A DNA stretch of 64,000 bases from Podarcis bocagei (lineage: Eukaryota), in the NCBI GenBank assembly GCA_964188305.1, contig OZ076898.1; one strand, 5' to 3'. The notes under the pieces were generated by a model. It was not told the DNA's origin, ran no database searches, and was given only the letters and a program-made list of their open reading frames with translations. Below are positions 62,050-64,000 of this stretch, in pieces; the stretch's first letter is position 1, and every line of letters starts with the position of its first letter. Position numbers and translations under genes: made by a program.

Positions 62050-63600
62050 TAAAATTTGCACACCACCACTCTACCCTACCGTACCGAATGTGGTTTACAA
62101 CCCAAACCTAAAACGAAAGTCGCGCTCCACTCCAATAATCCTTCGTCCAATCTGACCCTCCGCTCCCGAACTACCCCCTCCCCCGAAATTTGGAGTAACC
62201 CCTCCCACATCCACCTGCACCATCCTTTCCGGAGTCCCTGCTTCAGGTTGCTTCGTTTCCCAACAACACCGGGGAAACCAGAAAAGGGAGTTTCCCCCGC
62301 CCTCACTTCTCCAGGCCAACTTTTAACGTTTAACCCCCCCCCCAAAGCCCAAGCCCACGAACCCCTTTCCTTTCCTCCTCTAGCCCACGTGCTGCCCTTT
62401 AGCTCTCGAGTCCCCCGATACACCCTACTCAAACCTCCCCCCCCCCCACGCCACAGCTTCCAGGCCCTTCCCCCACACTTCCCTCAGCCCACCAGCCGCC
62501 GCTTGCGAGGGGCTGGCCTCACTTTGCCCCCTACCCTTCCGCAGCCTCCAGCGCACCACACGCGGCTCCTTTCTCCTCAGCTTTCTGCTCCTCTCGGTCT
62601 TCCCCGCCGCCTTCTCGTGCTCTCGCCGCTGCTCGCCCAGCCCATGTTTCTCCTACCCGCTTCCCTCCCACCTGGCCTATTCGAGGCCACCGTTTCTTTA
62701 GCCCCCCTCCCCTAAATTCGCTCTCCACCAGCGGCCCAGTTAGAGGTCCCTCTTCTCTACCGCGGACCCCATTGCTCTCTCAGTTTCTCCTCGCCCCCCC
62801 CCCACCTCCGCTTTATGCTTTCCTCCCCCCCCCTTTTAGTCTTCCCCCTGCTTTGTTTAACTCCACCCCCTTCCCCTCATATAGCCCTATCCTCCTCCCC
62901 ACCCCACTTCGTTTCATACCTTCTCTCCCCCAGCTCCCGTTGTTTCAGCACCCGCCGCTGCCTTCAGGCGGGCCTTGCCCCGGAGCCGGTCCCGAGCCCC
63001 AAACAGCAGCGCCCGTCTACCACCACTCTTCTCCCCGCCCGCCGCGCTGCCTCGTCCAATCCTCCTCTAAGACGGGGGCGAGCGACAGCTCGATTGCCCA
63101 ATCAGAGGACAAGCAGACTTCACAGCTCCAAACCTCCCAGCGAGTGACATCATAACGGCCAATCGGAGCGCGCTCAGGGGGGGGGGGGAACGGTAGATGA
63201 GGATGGCATTAAAAAAAAAAAAAGACTCTGATAAGGGGAAAGTCCCAATCGCTATAGTAGTGGGCCGGCCGGACTAAGCGCCGACTGACATCACAAATTC
63301 GCCAATCCGTTAAACGCTCGCGATGCTCCCCGCGCTATGTGGTTTGAGCGACGGAGGTAGCAACCAACCGCCGATCGAATAGTTACTACGGTCGTTCCCA
63401 TTGTCTTTGGACGGTGTTGCCATCCGCAACGGGTCCTTAGCCCTTCCCCCTCCCACCCCAATACGTAATCTCCGTACATTCATAGCGGCCTGCGTCTCAC
63501 CTTATGAGGGAGCGACATCTTAGGTGGGTTGCTACGGGCAACCAAGGACGAAACCTCAGAGGCCGGGGAGGGGAAGGAACCTGTGCGAATGGCAGCTGCC
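62050..63600 (-). promoter_or_regulatory. NFE2L1: NFE2L1 CpG-island promoter and candidate non-coding exon 1 (~63060-62920, donor AAG|gtatga)
   Basis: CpG-rich; five CCAAT boxes (63056, 63098, 63159, 63245, 63302); two TGACATCA; G-run-rich intron start on the minus strand. Confidence 0.8.
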
Positions 63601-63762
63601 AAACTTTAAATTCTCACTTCGCCAGTATTGAACTCAAATCTGAAAGGAGCTTTTGGATTTTAAAAAAGGAATGATGAAAAATATTTTCTCCAATCCTTCA
63701 AAAATATTTATACAATTTATGTAGCAATCAGTTTGTAAATTTCAGATTTGTAATTTACAGTT

Positions 63763-64000
63763 TAAAGGTAAAGGTACCCCTGCCCGTACGGGCCAGTCGT
63801 GTCCGACTCTAGGGTTGTGCGCTCATCTCACTCTAGAGGCCGGGAGCCAGCGCTGTCCGGAGACACTTCCGGGTCACATGGCCAGCGTGACAAAGCTGCT
63901 CCGGCGAACCAGCACCAGAGTAGCACACGGAAACGCCGTTTACCTTCCCGCTATAAAGCGGTACCTATTTATCTACTTGCACTTAAGGGTGCTTTCGAAC
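63763..64000 (-). mobile_element. Sauria SINE, 3' part (runs off the window)
   Basis: (aaaggt)n tail, ggtacctatttatctacttgcact core. Confidence 0.92.

Noticed and set aside
62056-63155. Long Pro-rich ORFs (219 aa and 127 aa)
   Set aside because: C-rich strand of the NFE2L1 CpG island/intron start; low complexity, non-ATG starts.

Overview
Vertebrate genomic DNA, most likely a lacertid lizard. The species is inferred only from its repeats: Sauria/POM-type SINEs with ACCTTT tails, Squam-like SINEs, and squamate L1, L2, RTE and Penelope elements. The window covers the conserved SNX11-CBX1-NFE2L1 block. SNX11 is on the minus strand: four coding exons were resolved, its promoter is near 12.9 kb, and its 3' end probably runs off the left edge. 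CBX1/HP1-beta is on the plus strand: a complete 185-aa CDS in 4 coding exons, with a CpG-island promoter near 17 kb. NFE2L1/NRF1/TCF11 is on the minus strand: a complete 764-aa CDS in 5 coding exons, with a CpG-island promoter near 63 kb. CBX1 and NFE2L1 end tail-to-tail only about 0.3 kb apart. Introns and intergenic DNA are dense with transposons, and there is one 200-N gap. Most notable observations: (i) a young Penelope-like element in NFE2L1 intron 1 forms a ~630-bp near-perfect inverted repeat, with a hammerhead-ribozyme motif in each arm and a chimeric GIY-YIG ORF; (ii) an exact, tailless U6(1-80) retrocopy with a target-site duplication (TSD) sits in a mariner-type MITE that sits in an RTE LINE; (iii) a second, disabled hammerhead remnant shares an insertion site with an L1 just upstream of CBX1; (iv) NFE2L1 intron 2 holds candidate internal promoter/alternative-exon elements and paired ATF4-type sites; (v) NFE2L1 has lost the S-P of a reported FBXW7 degron. 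All family names and human comparisons are from recall, not database searches.
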